A stretch of DNA of 64,000 nt from Octopus sinensis (GCF_006345805.1 NC_043012.1:46066001-46130000); one strand, 5' to 3'; counted from the stretch's first letter, positions 1-17,591 are shown. A program made the numbers and translations. Notes: a model not told the origin generated them from the sequence alone.

Positions 1-59
1 TATATACTTTTATTTTATGCAGAGTGTGAGAAGACATTAAGAATATGCGGTGCGTTGAT

Positions 60-237
60 ATGAAATATCTTGTATTTCGTTTGTCTTTACGTTCTGAGTT
101 CAAATTCCGCCGAGGTGGACTTTGCCTTTCATCCTTTCGGGTTCGATGAATTAAGTACCAGTTGTGTACTGGAGTTGATCTAATCGTTTCGCCCCATCCC
201 CCCAAATTCGGGCTTTGTACCTAGAGTAGAAAAGGAT
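60..237 (+). mobile_element. tRNA-derived SINE (Meta-domain-like family), partial
   Basis: B-box-like GAGTTCAAATTCC followed by 'gactttgcctttcatcctttcgggttcgatgaattaagtacca'; same family recurs on - strand at 10167 and 24176. Confidence 0.75.
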
Positions 238-1668
238 ATAAAATATCTTATAATTTGTTGCTTTTTATGTTACAGATATTAGCTCCTAAACAGAGAAGTT
301 TTAGAAAGTGAACTGCGGAGTTGATAAATGTATCCGACCGCTGCACATGGAAGAAAAACGCATTCTAATTATAACATTTTATATTGCTTAGCTGTAAACT
401 GAAATTGATCTTGAATGATTCACCTCTGCAAACATCTCTCGAAATATGTTCTATTACGAAATACAAAATTTAGATTACTATTAATCATATGCTTTCCTGA
501 GCAAGGAAAACTAAGTGCTATATACCTTTTTATTAAATAAACAAAGCATTTTGTTTTGATACTCAGAAACATATGAACAATATTGCTAACATAATTTAAC
601 TTTACATTAACTTTAAAATTTTCCATTATCGCCGATAAATTACAACTTAATATCTTTTATTTATCTGGTCTTTTTTCTCACGTTCCATCTATTCTCATCC
701 CATTAAGGTTTAAATTATGAAAACAATTGGAGAAACCCTTGAATGCAATCTATAAATTAATAGACAAAGAGAAAAAAGCCTCATTGAAATAGTGAATGGA
801 AGAGAATAAATTAATATATTGTCAACTGTTGAATAAATAACTTCAGCAGAGTTATTTAAAAAAAAAAAGTAATTGAAAACATTTCAATTTAATGTTTCGT
901 ATTTTAAGTCGTCTTTTACATAGAATTTTACATATATGAAATGTATTACTAGACCCGTGAAATCAAGCATTGTCTCCAGAAGCAATATCATATGAAATTT
1001 AAAATTAAACTGAATGAATGGTTAAACAAACCGATCAATTGAATTTCTATTTTAACAGATTCAATAAACTTAAGTTGACCATTCCGCTGCTGTGGATAGC
1101 GCTACCAAGCTGATTAACAGTTACTTAAAAACAATTTGGTTCTCTTAATTTTAAGCTAAAAGGCAAAATGCAGGCCAGTATCGTTTACTAATGAAAAAAT
1201 CTATTGAGATGGTATCGACCTCCAGTAGCAGAACACAATAAATATTCTTTACAGTTTGCTCAATTCACGTATTTATAAATTAGTTGATACAGTAAAATAT
1301 TTCAGTTATCAATCTGATAAAAATGTTTTCTATATGAGAGGCAATGTTTTAGTATCAAAATATGAGATAAAGGGAAATAATTGAGAATCACAATTTCTGT
1401 TCATATTTGTTGAAATCTGGATTACTTGTTCTTATTCCGCATCTGGAATTTCAAGTAATTCAGGTATGGTCTTCAGCATAGTAAATATTAAGCTACTAAT
1501 TGCCAAAAGCCACAATATTGGTGTATACACGTTCATTTGCATTCGCAATCATCCATCCAGTGGTGTTGACATTGTGTTTCTAAAATTTTAGCCAGATAAT
1601 ATCTAACGTTTAAGGAAGGCAATGTTTCGGTCATACAATTGTATTGATTCATTTAACAACAAGCCTTT

Positions 1669-2338
1669 TATACTAGGTGGTCTAAGTGGTATCGAAAAGT
1701 CCCCGGAGTGTTCTGTAGCGCACCAAAAGAGGGCACGCTTCCGTGCGCAGTGAGAGCTAGTAGTGACCATCATGCAGCGTACCGAGTGACAGCACTGTAT
1801 TTACTTCGCAAGTTTTGCAATTGGTGTTTTTGCAACCACTTACATGCTGTAGTCTGTGATTTTGTCATAGACAGAAGCAAAGAGCCAACGTGAAATTTTG
1901 CGTTGCACTTTATAACTTTTGAGGAAGGACGCTCGGCGAAAGCGACATGATCTGTGAAGCGCGAAGGATAGGATCTGCCCCTGAGTTCTCCTCCCTCGTC
2001 AGTTTTTTTTTACTAAAAACAACATGGTTTCACTTTCACGCCCGGCCTATTCGCCAAATTTAGCACTTTCAAACTTCCATGTCTTCCCAAAGATCAAAAT
2101 GCAATTCGAAGGTCACCGTATTAATACCATTGTCGGGATCTAGAGCGACTCGCAGGTCCTCCACCAGCTTATGGAAAACGAGTTCTAGGCCGGATTCCAA
2201 AAGTGACAGGAACGCTGAGACCGGTGTAGTGCTGCGCAAGGTGACTATTTCGATAGAGATGCTTTTAAAAATGAGGTAAATGACTTAGTTTTTATTAAAA
2301 AGAACTAGTCCGGGAACATGTTGATATCACCTAGTATA
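1669..2338 (+). mobile_element. Internally deleted mariner (Tc1/mariner) transposon remnant
   Basis: Inverted termini tatactaggtg (1669-1679) / cacctagtata (2328-2338) ending in TA; decayed transposase C-terminus ~2040-2255 reads 'ARPYSPNLALSNFHVFPKIKMQFEGHRINTI...F.K*QER*DRC..AQGDYF', matching mariner PYSPDLAPSDF and WxKCxxxxGDYFE motifs. Confidence 0.8.
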
Positions 2339-3187
2339 TGACCATGGTCAAATCTTATATTCTTATTTTTCTGATATTCAAATGTTAGGAGATTGCCCAA
2401 ATAATAATAACAAGTCTAAATTTACTACAGTTTTAAAATATATTTCATAATGAAATTGAAATTTCACAGGTTCCCTCTTGGACATCAGGTTTCAAGGCCG
2501 GCAGAATTAATGTCATGCGCATATTGCATGTTAAAGTTATTCATTTAATTCGTTATACATTTTTGCCTAAAATTTGTTAACGTGACTCTGCGTAAGAAAA
2601 TCATTCTTTCAAAATTTCGACGTTAGCAGTTAACTGTGTGTTACCGTATTGTGATATGTTAGTGTAATACAGTGTTATTTATAAGCTTCAAGTTATAGCA
2701 ATATCTCTCTATTTACATGTGTAGCCTTCCGTGTGGAAGAGCTAGGATATTGAAACATCCTTCGATGTTGATTATATTGCAATTATTGCTGATTTCACAG
2801 TTGCTTTTGCTACTCATCATCATACCGACAGCAAAGAAAAAGAACAAATATCACGATAGTGACGACAATGAAAATGATTATGAGTGGGAAGACTATGATG
2901 ATGAACAGAAGGGAGACGTGAGAGACGAGGAGGATTTGCAGCAGTACATGAACACTAATGAGGAAACGGTTGTAATGTCTTGCCCAGCGCCATTCTGATT
3001 TGAATTCAATATTTATTTGTTTCTTTTCTTCTGTAGGGATTGTCATTCTAAATAGCTTGTTGTGTGATTGATATAATTATATGCTATAAAGGTGACTGCC
3101 TGTTCAATGTCATAGCTAGAATCCCAGTGATATTGCCAAGAGAAAATAATGGACACATCACCACCAACGTCATCAGTACCACGGCGG

Positions 3188-3189
3188 CC

Positions 3190-3241
<52 letters not shown>

Positions 3242-3330
3242 TCATCGTCGTCATCATCATCATCATCGTCGTCATCATCATCATCGTAGTCGTCGTTGTC
3301 GTCATCGTCGTCGTCATCAACATCATCATC
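3188..3330. repeat. Compound trinucleotide microsatellite (ACC/AAC/ATC/GTC)
   Basis: Direct reading; source of the poly-D/poly-V/poly-N ORFs. Confidence 0.95.
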
Positions 3331-6300
3331 CTGCGTCTCCCCGTTGTTCTCGTAACAACTGATACTCAATAGCTGTTTATTCCTCATCGTTTTTCTTAGC
3401 AACAGTTCCCATCCTCTCTCGCGTCATCATGGTCACTATGATCAACTCGAACGATATAACCATTATCATCAATGGTATCGTCATCATCACCATCGACATC
3501 AATACGTTCAACAATACAATATCCATCAATATACTGGTGATATAGGCGGAACAATAGTTGCGATCAACGTATCATCTCAGAAACATCGGAAATATTAATA
3601 TCCGGGTAAATAATACACTATTGAGAGATTACTTCATGCATCTGTAGTAAAATCGTCAATGATGATGACGCCATCGAAAGAGACACCACTTACAAGGATG
3701 GAAATATGTTTACCTCTACGTAGTGCAAAATTCAATAAATATACTTGTAAGATAGAAAACAATCAAACTTATAGAAATATTAGAATATGTTGGAGGATAT
3801 CGCAGCATCAACTTGAAGCATTAAATATAGCTAGTCAAAATCATATTAACTCACTCTACACATCCGTTACATTATTGCTATTACTACTTACTATTTACAT
3901 TCCGCTATACTATTACACTGCAATGTTTTATATTTCGGCATCCTTAAATTACTTTACACTTCTACAAAACTTCACAACCCAGTTCAAATGCAGGAAGAGG
4001 AGATGATCTGAATGTCTGAAGAAGCTTTTCCCTTCTGCAAATATCTGTTCGTAACTCTTTACGCTTTAATGGGCCCAGGATATATCCAGAATTTGGCTCC
4101 TTGATACTCGTCTTGTGCAATATGTTGTGCTACTGTTAAGTTTGTAACTTACACTTTCCCGGTGTTAAGTTGTACGTTGTAACCACTTCCGTTTAAGGTG
4201 CCAGGTGTACATAGGGCAAGGCATATATTCATTTTTATTCTTCTTTGCCATATTCAGTTGGAACTGTTTGAAGTTTCTTCTACCATTGGCTTATGGGCTC
4301 CGGCCGTTCTTACTTCGAAAGTTGAGGGCCATTTCAGGAGATGAGAGGCAGTTTTTTCGTGCAATCACGTGAAATCTAACCTCTATGGTGTTCATACTGA
4401 TTTCAAAGGCGGTCATCAGTTTTAATTTTTAGATATGAGATTCATCCATTTGGCTTTTATACGACAGTGTGTGTTCAATGAGAATCAATTATTGCAGTGA
4501 CTGTGAGAAGAGTAAAATATATATCCTAATGCATGATTTTAGAATGATTTTTATCTTTCTATTAGGTATTGTTAGTCGATCAATTTCATCCAGCATACTA
4601 GCGTTCACAATTCTATTGAAACAACAAATCCATGCCACAATTCTTGTCACCTGTTTTATAGATCATTGGTGGTATTTCTGTTTGTATGGACCTTTCTATC
4701 ACAGTATATAGACGGCATGTATGATCGCTTTGAGGATAGTGTACCATGTGTACCTAAATTGGGCAAGCACGAAAGATTGGATGCACGTGCTATCTAATTT
4801 CTTAAATTTCACCACGTTTTTGCTCGAGACAAAAGCTCATTTTCAAAGCTGAGGACGAAGCTGATACTAAGAGGAATCACATGACAGTTCAGAAACGGTT
4901 GCGATAAAATAATTAACAGACGTTAAAAGTGTAAGCACTGCTGATAATTTATTTGTCTAAAATGGTTCGATGTTATTCCTAGTTCAACGTGTAATAAAAA
5001 TAAAAGATTAAAGATTAAAAATACATTCCAACAGCCAAAACTGTCATGCAATTTTCTAGTCTTAGTGCCCGTATATTACTGGTTGAATTACAATGGAAGC
5101 ACCTTCGCAATTATACGCCTTATAATAAATATAAGACATATGGTTTTGAAAACAAAAATATATTCATCTGGATGAAGATAGATGTGAGTGTGAGATAGCA
5201 TAATCACAATCAGCAGATGGCTTGAGACCGAACTCCAACGAAGAGAACAGATTGCAATCGAACTCACCATCAGAAAACATGTTTAAATGAAATAGAAGAA
5301 CTTGCTTTTGTGATTCTGGCTTTTTAACATTTTAAAGTCGAAGTTGAAGCGTGTCTTGGATGAAGAGCGTCTTCGACGCCCTAAAGCACAGTGGTTTATT
5401 TAAGTTTTACTGTGAACCTATTACCCACTATGATTCTTAATGTAAACGTCTTACAAGAGTATCCTCTCTATCAGGATTTCACCAGTACCTGATTTCATAA
5501 CTCAATGTTACGTTCATCAAAATAAATTCTTTCTGGAAACAAGACGCTGAGGTGATAAACTTGTTATAAAAATGTTAGTAACGTTGACGGTCCAAAGTAT
5601 CATGTACCAAAATATTGTTATATAAACTTGGTTTCGAAAATTTTAGTTAAATGTTATGGTTATGAAATCAGCCCTGAATTTGGCGCAATCATGATGAACA
5701 GCTGTTGTTTGCTTCGTGGATTGCATTGATTGGTTCGGTGAGAAATCGAACCTTTCATATGACTTAATTATTCATATCTTGAAATCCATTTCGCTACATT
5801 GCAGAGGAGGTATTTACCACATTTGAGTACCACCCACTTTATTGTTTAATCAAGCGTATCAGTTGTGCATATTGATTTTAAAATACTGTCGTGTCATTTG
5901 AGTAGATCACTGTGTCACTGATGTTTGTGACGTTTGATTTGAAAAAAAAAGTCTTCCACTGAAGGGATTTGAACTATAGTAACTATATCCAACCATCTGT
6001 AACTTTAATCAGTTAGCTATGTGCCCTCATTATTGCATACAAGCAAACATGCGTGCCTGCGCATACAGATGAAATAGCATCATATTTAACAGAAAATGAA
6101 TTGCAAAAGATCAATAATAACTATCACAAAACAAAGATTAATAATAGCAATGGAGGTACAAAGGAATATAACAACAATGCCAACAAAGGGGAGCAGCAAT
6201 GGCAGCTATGAATTCGAATAAAACCAGTAATAGCAACAACAAGAAAAATAACAGCAACAACAACAACAACAACAATAACAATAGGAAAAACAGTAACAAC

Positions 6301-6574
6301 AGCAATGATATTAATAATAATGTAAACAACAACAATACCAACAACAATAATAGGATATCAATAGCAATAACAACAGTTAATATGACAACTCTAAATGAAA
6401 CAAAAAGTGCAAAGAAATGTATAACTAAGATCAAGACGTAGCGAGAATTACGATTACCATAACAGCGTCGTCACCAAACACGAGCAATAGCATTAGGAGC
6501 CGGCAGAAAGTTGACAAGAAACATTTCAATACTCACACACAGACATACACAAGTATAAACATACCTGCATGCCT

Positions 6575-6890
<316 letters not shown>

Positions 6891-7479
6891 ATGTGTGAAT
6901 TTAATCGATAACAGCAAGAAGAATGACAACGAATGGCAGCGAGTATAACAGCAATACTATGGAGAAAACCATGAAGCGTAAAAACACCATACAATTAAAT
7001 AAATGGCAACAACGACTATTGAAATAGAAAAAAAACAAAACAACAACAACAAACAACAAGGACAGCAACGGAAGGGAACAACACAGACAAATAGATCTGT
7101 ATTAACAACATTGTTATGGAATGTAATAAATAATTGCAATAACAACAACGATCACAGCAACTTGAATGTTAAGAATCATACTGAAAACAAAATAACCAAA
7201 ACAGCAACAACAAATACACAGAAATAGCGGCAATAAATTAACAAACGCTGCAAAAACAATAGCAACAACAGGAACGCCGATGACGATTGCATTGACAAAG
7301 AATGCAATTGCAAAAATAACGAAATTAATCTAAGTATTAAAAAACGCAATAGAATACGTGAGATAATAAAAGAACAAAAGAAACAAGAAAGGAAGAAGGA
7401 AATGAAACGAAATATTTTACGGTGACCTAAGATCTTTAAAGAACGCCATGCTATCAATCAAGTTACTCAAAAGGATAAA

Positions 7480-7899
7480 TAGCTTTCTCACATTTTCATA
7501 ACTGCAAAGTCATTCTTCTCTTCCATAATATTCTGGTCTCTGCTTATTGCAACTTGCTTTCTCTTTCTTTTGTTTTCTTTTTTTCTTCATTTTTTTTCTA
7601 ATCTTTGTTTAATACATTTCAGTTTTTCTCTTGCGTTCTATATTCTAACACTTCCCACTCTCTCGGATGAATCTCTACGATAAACCATTTCCTCTTAGTT
7701 TTATGTCTAAAGCCATCGCAGTTCCCCTGTTTACTCTGTGATTATTATTTTTTTTCTTATACAACGATGAGAAGCTCTGAGGCAGGAGAATGCCGATTTA
7801 ACACTTTACTGAAAAGAGGAAAAAAATCCATAATTCACTGTTAAGAATTGGAACTTCTTCAAGGATCTATTTAAGTCTGTTATCATTCAGATACACGGA

Positions 7900-7937
<38 letters not shown>

Positions 7938-8520
7938 GCAAGAAGGGAAAATGTGTCTAGTGTCTAGTCACCCCTACATATTCTGCTTTGTGTTATACTC
8001 TAAAATATTATACTAGTTCGTCTTTGAATGATCCAGTCATTACCTTTCTTCACTTCCTCGTTAGTTTCATTTCTCGGGATATATTTACTTTTCTTTGTTC
8101 CGTAAATACATTCTTCTAAGTTCTAGTTCTGTAAAATCTATAATGTTCCCCAATATTTCTCTTCTCACCTTCTCTCATTTCCTCTGCTCTTGACATAGTC
8201 TTTTATATTCTCTGCCGTTTCGTTCTTGACACATTAACAAAATGTTTGAGACTCTTTTTCTTTTCCCACTCCACTACATTTCCAATTCTTTTCCTCTTCC
8301 ATCACCACTTTTTTTCTAAATTTTTCTAATCATCTTTCACTTCTTTTCTTCACACCTTTCTCCTATACTTCTTTCTGCATTTTAAACTTCTTTTCCTTCT
8401 CGTTCTGATCACATTTTCTCATGCTTTGTTTTCATTCACCTTGTGACTCCTATTTTCTTTTCATATAAAACCGGATGTTAGATTTCTGCATGGTCTTTGA
8501 TTCAATATCGTCTAAGCATT
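7480..8520 (-). mobile_element. Possible highly decayed LINE 3' region
   Basis: Strong purine bias on the - strand and a zinc-knuckle-like remnant ('..gagtctcaaacattttgttaatgtgtcaag'); no open frame. Confidence 0.25.
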
Positions 8521-8984
8521 CCCTTTCCATTAGAACAGTATCTTTGGAGAATATTCAATTGCTCTGAAGTAAATTAACAGCACAAATCATGGGAAATCTA
8601 ATTCTATGATTTAAAATAAAAGAAAGTAAACACGCTCACATATATACACCCACAGGAAAACGGACAGAAACACACGGATACATACAAATCTAAAAAAGAA
8701 TATTAAAAGTATCTTCATGAAAGGATGAAAGTTCTATATCTTGTTTCCTTTTTGTTTTAAACAAAACATGGAATAGGAGAGTAGCAAAGGGGATTAAATA
8801 TTTCCATTCATGTAAACTGTAATCGAGTCAGTAATACGGATAACTTGCCCGAATTTTTCAATAAAATGTGAACTAGAATTTTCTTTTACTTTACTGATTA
8901 CATCAAGTATTTCTAGCGATCATACGCATTCCTTCTTTATGTACATTATTTTCCATTTGCATTTTCATTTAATAAATATTACCT

Positions 8985-9698
<714 letters not shown>

Positions 9699-10166
9699 CG
9701 AGTATACTCATTATAATACGCAATAATCAAGGTCTGGTGCTAATTTTGCATGGAATTAGTTGACGTGATGAACGTTTGTTGGTGTATCATCTAAAATAGG
9801 TTAACACTGAGTGCAAAAAAATCGGGGAAATGAAATGGAATTCGAAGCAAACACCAAAGCGTGACCACTTTTTTTGTAGTAAACAATATGCAAGGACCAA
9901 AGCAGGTTCGGCTGCGTAGATAAGAAAACTGTGAAGTGTTAGGGACGAGTTTGTACCAAAGCAGCGGTTTCGTTAAAATCTTCAGAGTTTCATTTCGCCA
10001 TAGACACAAAATACTCTTTGCGCATATATATGTTTGTCTGTGTGTGTGTGTGTATCTATATGTATCTCTCTCTCTCCCTTCCTCCCCCTCTCTCTCTATA
10101 TATATATAGGTGTGTGTGTGTGGATGTGTGTCTGTGGGTGTGTATATATATATACATATATATATA

Positions 10167-10394
10167 TTTCTTTACTGCCCACAAGGGGCTAAACATAGAG
10201 GGGACAAACAAGGACAGACGAAGGGATAGAGTCGATTATATCGCCCCCAGTGCGACACTGGTACTTTATTTATCGACCCCGAAAGGATGAAAGGCAAAGT
10301 TGACCTCGGCGGAATTTGAACTCAGAACGTAACGACAGACGAGATAACGCTAAGCATTTCACCCGGCGCGCTAACGCGTCTGCCAGCTCGCCGC
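10167..10394 (-). mobile_element. tRNA-derived SINE (Meta-domain-like), near full length
   Basis: Reverse complement of the family at 60-237 ('tcgaccccgaaaggatgaaaggcaaagttgacctcggcggaatttgaactc'). Confidence 0.85.
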
Positions 10395-12031
<1,637 letters not shown>

Positions 12032-12033
<2 letters not shown>

Positions 12034-13114
12034 CTGGAAGAGATATCTAGATGACTGTTTCATCCTTTGGCATAAAAATATAGAAAAACTCATAGAATTC
12101 CAGAAAATTTTAAACGGACTGGACGTAAACATCCAATTCACGATGGAATATAGCCAACAACAACTCCCCTTCCTCGATATCCTCATTAAGAAAGCTAATA
12201 ATATAATAGAAACAGACATATACTATAAGCCTACAGACTCTAAGCAATATCTTCCATTCAATTCATGCCACCCCAGACACACCAGGATGAATATCCCCTT
12301 CAATCTAGCAAAAAGGATATGCACTATAGTCTCTAACGCAAACACCAGAGACACACGACTACAAGAACTAAAAGATACCCTAATCACCAGGAACTATCCA
12401 CCTTCACTTATTGACAAGTGCATTCAACGTGCCCTTCAACTTAACATCAAGGAACTGAGACATCCCAAATTAAAGAAAAACTTACAACCAAAAGCCTTAC
12501 CATACATCTCCACACACAACCCTCTCAATAACGAAGCCTTCGACACCATCCTCCACAACATACCCCTCCTAAAAAAAGACCACAGAATGAACACAATCCT
12601 CCAAACACACACGATCATAAAAAGCAAAAGACAGCCTAGATCCATGAAAAGTCTCCTTACACAAGCCCGAATTCACTCCTCAACACAGAAGCCGACAGTA
12701 AAAAAATGTGGAAGACCCAATTGCGGGATATGCGACTATCTAATTGAGGGATCAGAGTTCTCCTTCAAGCAGGGACAACGGTTTACAGTGAAAAGCAACT
12801 TCACATGTGCTTCGGAGAACCTAATATACTCACTAACCTGCTCCGGGTGTCAAGAGCAGTACATAGGCCAAACAAAAAATGGTTTGCGTAAACGAATGGC
12901 CCTGCACAGATCCCAGATAAAAATTCCCCAAAACAGAAAAATAGCTTTTAGCCAACACATAGATACTTGCGCCAACAAAAAAACACCAAACTTCAGAATT
13001 TTCCCCCTCTACCAATTTAGGGACGATACAACCTCGAGACAACGAATAAGTAAAGAAAATCTCTTTATTACAAAATACAAGCCACTTCTAAACGGGTCTA
13101 CGACAAACAATTAA
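12032..13114 (+). CDS. 5'-truncated Penelope-like retroelement ORF: RT C-half (YLDD) + thumb + GIY-YIG endonuclease
   Basis: Uninterrupted frame YWKRYLDDCF...LPFLDI...YYKPTDSKQYL..SCHP...RNYP...CxxxxCxxC...LIYSLTC..C..QYIGQT...RMALH. Confidence 0.92.
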
Positions 13115-13850
13115 TATACCTCAACTTTAGAATAAAAGAAAAAAATATATATACACACAAATATTACACTCCATAGAATCCATTACTAATCAGCCCCTTC
13201 ATAGCTATACTTACACCCATTCATATTCCCCCTTCTCTGTTTTTTTCTTCTTCTTCTTCTTCCTCTTCTTCTTCATCATCATCATTATCATCATCATCGT
13301 CGTCATCATCATCACCACCATCATCACCACCATCTTCTCCTTCTCCTCCTTCTTCTTCATCATCATCATTATCATCATCATCGTCGTCATAATCATCACC
13401 ACCACCACCATCATCGTCATCTTCTCCTTCTCCTTCTCCTTCTCCTTCTCCTTCTTCTTCTTCTTCTTCTACTTCTCCACCCCCTACCCCTTAACTTTGT
13501 CACTAATGTTTTTTAGTATAACACCTACGCTAATTCTATAAACCTACGCTAATTCTATAAACAAGCCTGTCAATATAAATATTCCCCTGAATTGAACTGA
13601 GACTGCCAGCCGCCACTGACCATTCAAAATACGACCATCAGGGCACTCCCAGATTCTCCCATCCCCCTTTCCCCACCAGCCTTCTTCCTCTACTACCCTT
13701 CCAAGAACTCATAACGACCTCCGACACACAAGTGCAAACAAGGGAGTCAGAGAAAGGCAGAATGCCACTTAAATCTGAACACTACTATAGAAATATTCTT
13801 TTAAAAAAACTTTTCTTCTAATTTTTCTAAATTTAATTATTTAATCGTTA

Positions 13851-13888
13851 CAGTTGAAAAGGTCTCAAAATGACGGAAACCGGTACTG
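13851..13888 (+). ncRNA. Minimal type I hammerhead-like fold, U3-A8 core variant
   Basis: cag-TTGAAAA-g.gtc-tcaaaat-gac.g-GAAA-ccgg-TA-ctg; short stem I, palindromic stem III (accggt), G.G at base of stem II. Confidence 0.5.
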
Positions 13889-14320
13889 AAATGTTCACTA
13901 TAAAATTATTTTAGCATTTTCTATTTTTGACTTGTTTTTTCATATATATATATATATACACATATATATATATGTATATATATACACACACCAGTAAAGT
14001 TAATCGCTACACGAAAGTGGTTACTGATCCATGTTACTGCTAGTTTAACCCCAGGCAGATCTTGAGCAAGCTAGTTATCAGTGCGGCACTGCACCCTGTA
14101 TATACAATATATATTGCTAGAAGTGGATGCGATCTCCTAACTTCTCTAACAGACAAAAGGAATGCAAGACTGACTCAGTTTCGAGCTGGTTGGCTTATTC
14201 TCAGTCTCGAGATCGGTGTGGGCTTGTTACGTGTTAATATAGTTACTACTCGCATCTATTCTTGAGATTTTACGACTAGCTATTTTGCTTATACATACAT
14301 ACATACACACATACATACAC

Positions 14321-14378
<58 letters not shown>

Positions 14379-14552
14379 AATACATATACATGTATATATT
14401 TCCATACATATATATATGCATACATACATATGTATATAATTATATACATATCTATACATGTATACATATGCATAAAGGTATATGTATATGCATATATATA
14501 TGTATACACACAGACACACAAATACACACACACACATATATATACATACAAT

Positions 14553-15330
14553 CTCTAACACTTCTGTCGCATTTCTTGACATTTCTGTCTGTATACACCA
14601 CGTTGCTCTTACTATCTACATCCACTACAAACACAGCAACTCCCACTCCTACCTTAAATTCTCCTCCGCACACTCTACCTACACCAAGCTCTCCCCTACT
14701 CCCAATTCCACGGTCTGACCAAGCGATGCAGTGACAACCATGACTTTGAGACTCAGTCTCAACTGATGGCTCACCACTTCATTGTTCGTGGATATCCCCT
14801 CGCCAGTATCCACATTGCCCTTGCCAGAGCACGTTCTGTGGACCATGCCTCTGCTCTTTCTCCTCGCATCCGTCCCGCCATTGCTCGTCTCCGGCTTTTC
14901 TTCATCTACCACCACTCCTCGTCCGCAGTTTCTTCCCTAAACCCACTTCCCAGTCTGAATCATTCCCCTGCTTCCGTCCACGCTGCCATACGTACCCCTA
15001 CCTCTCCACCACTACCATCCTCATTGGATTCCGTCAACGTCCCTATCACATCACTGACTCCTTTACCCGCACTTCCAGTAACGTCATTTACTGCATCTCG
15101 TGATCTTTCTGCCCTTCTCTGTATATCGGTCAAACAGGACGCCTCTTAGCTGAGCACCTACAAGACATCAGATCATCTACAAGACATCAGACTTGGCAAT
15201 AACAACCCGATCTCGCACCACATCAGCTCTGCTAGTCGTTCTCTACAGCATCTATCTGTGTTGGGACTGACTGTGTACAAGGAATCGGAATGGAGCTGCT
15301 TGATGTATTCAAGTACGCCGTGATAGAATA
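14553..15330 (+). mobile_element. Decayed Penelope-like fragment (RT thumb + GIY-YIG remnant)
   Basis: Frameshifted motifs [53 protein letters not shown]. Confidence 0.75.
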
Positions 15331-16345
15331 CTGCAAAGAATGCATCGCATTCAACCACACATTGCCGTCAGTATCTATATTTCCCGGAAGAGGATATTTA
15401 AGTATTCATATCAAATTACCGCGTGTTCGACACGATTTCACGATCTCCTGTATATCTAAACTTACACGAAGTGATAATCGCTGAGGCTGTCAGCAACATC
15501 TTATCAAAGATCTAAGACTCTACAGAAAATACTTAACACTAGGTAAGGAACAGTATGCTCATGGTTGCTTACCATTATTTACGTGTGCCTCATTCGTTGA
15601 TTGTCTTTACAGTGAAAAAGTCTTTTGCATGTCAATCTCTGTTGAAAACCGTATTTTATTTTTTTTTAATTTCTTTGCGATACAAATAACAAACTTTAAA
15701 ATTGCATGCGTATATACGTATAAATACAAACTCACATATATAAATATACAATTATTACTAATCAGTTCTTATGAAACAAATTGATTTGTACAGCTCGTAC
15801 AGAAAACAATAACATATTTTAAATTACATTTTCAGAGATAAATTGATTTATTGTCAACATCACTTATAATATAAAAGCGACAATTTGTTAAATATTTCTT
15901 TCATGATAAATATAAGCGTTGCACTCAATTGAAAATGTAGAAAAGCAATTTATTTTGTTTCCCATCCGCAGGTTATATATAATCATGTTGTAGGGGCTTT
16001 GAACATCCGCATGAACACAACTGAGTAAGAGATGGGCAGAGAAAGAAGGGGAAGTAGGGGAGAGAAAAAGAAAAGACAGAGAGACCAAAATTTTGAACAT
16101 AAAATGTAGGTGAGCGACATCTACAGATCTAGAAGGCACGCTATGTATTTTATTTTAACAAGTAACAGTGTATCATTACTAACGCCCCCAACATGCTTAA
16201 ATAACGACAATTAGGGAAATAGTTCAATATTTTAAGGAACATATGCAAAATAGTATTTTATTGTTTATTTGCATGTTTAAATGCACGCGCACACGCAGAC
16301 ATATTAAAAGAGAACATAGAAATATAGAAATGTACCGAATACATA

Positions 16346-16741
16346 GGCGCAGGAGTGGCTGTGTGGTAAGTAGCTTGCTTACTAACCACATAGTTCTGCG
16401 AGGCACCTTGGGCATATGTCTTCTACTATAGCCTAGGGCCGACCAAAGCCTTGTGAGTGGATTTGGTAGACGGAAACTGAAAGAAGCCCATCGTATATAT
16501 ATATATGCATGTGTGTGTGTGTTTGTGTGTCTGTGTTTGTCCCCCCGCCCAACATCGCTTGGCAACCGATGCTGGTATGTTTACGTCCCCGTTATTTAGC
16601 GGTTCGGCAAAAGAGACTGATAGAATAAGTACTAGGCTTACAAAGAATAAGTCCTGGGGTCGATTTGCTCGACTAAAAAGCGGTGCTCCAGCATGGCCGC
16701 AGTCAAATGACTGAAATAAGTAAGAGAGTAAAAAGAGAGTA
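16346..16741 (+). mobile_element. tRNA-derived SINE with CORE-like segment and internal TA/TG tract, full length
   Basis: Head ggcgcaggagtggctgtgtggtaag, 'ggcaccttgggca' core-like motif, tail 'gctccagcatggccgcagtcaaatgactgaaa..aagag'. Confidence 0.85.
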
Positions 16742-17191
16742 ATAGTCAATTTTGTTTTAATTGTGCGGAGGTGTAGAGCATCTGCTGACAGATTTTATGT
16801 GACCTAGATATAATTCAGGCCAGCGATTCGAATTTGCATTCATGATAAATCGAAGATACGGAACCTCCGTATCCTCGATGGCTGTAAATAAGTGTGAAAC
16901 GATATGTGTTGCTCCCGTTCATACTCGCGACAACATACGTCCCTGGATTTGTAGTATACAGTGCCTTTTTAACACTCTATATCCTTAACCGATATTTTTG
17001 TGAGGGCAGACTTATATTACCAGAATTAGCCTGAAAGACCCGGGCTTTTATTAGAGGCCCGCAAAGATTTTTAAGTCACGTAAGGCCGAATCAAACTGTT
17101 TTAAATAAAACATGTAGCACCTACTACATGTGTTGAGTGCTTTCTCTTTCGTTTGTCCTCTCACTCGTATTATTTTCTTCTTTTCTTTTTT

Positions 17192-17370
17192 TCATTTGTT
17201 TCAGTCATTTGACTGCGACCATGCTAGAGCAACGCCTTTAGTCGAACAAATCGACCCCAGGACGTATTCGTTGTAAGTCTAATACTTATACTATCGATAT
17301 ATTTTGTCAAACTGCTAAGTTACGGGGACGTAAACTCATTAACACCGGTTGTCAAGTGATGGTGGGGTAA
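17192..17370 (-). mobile_element. 3' half of the same SINE family
   Basis: Reverse complement of the tail at 16560-16741. Confidence 0.75.
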
Positions 17371-17591
17371 GAAAAACAGATACAAATATATATATATATA
17401 TATATATTTTTTCTTTTTTTTCTTTTTGTTTCAGCTCAGAGCTGCGGCCATGCTGATGCACCGCTGTTTGTATATATATATATATATAAATCACCTCCCG
17501 GACGACGTTATTCTCAACTAAGAGCTAATACGGCCTTTTTGGATTATCGCCTAACATCGGTTGAGGACGCTCACACACAGAAGAATTTAAT

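Noticed and set aside
4020-4390. Old RTE endonuclease fragment on - strand
   Set aside because: Only vague motif resemblance, many stops
5350-5395. HHR-like 'atgaaga gcgtc ttc gacgc'
   Set aside because: Hairpin present but no GAAA, stem III or stem I
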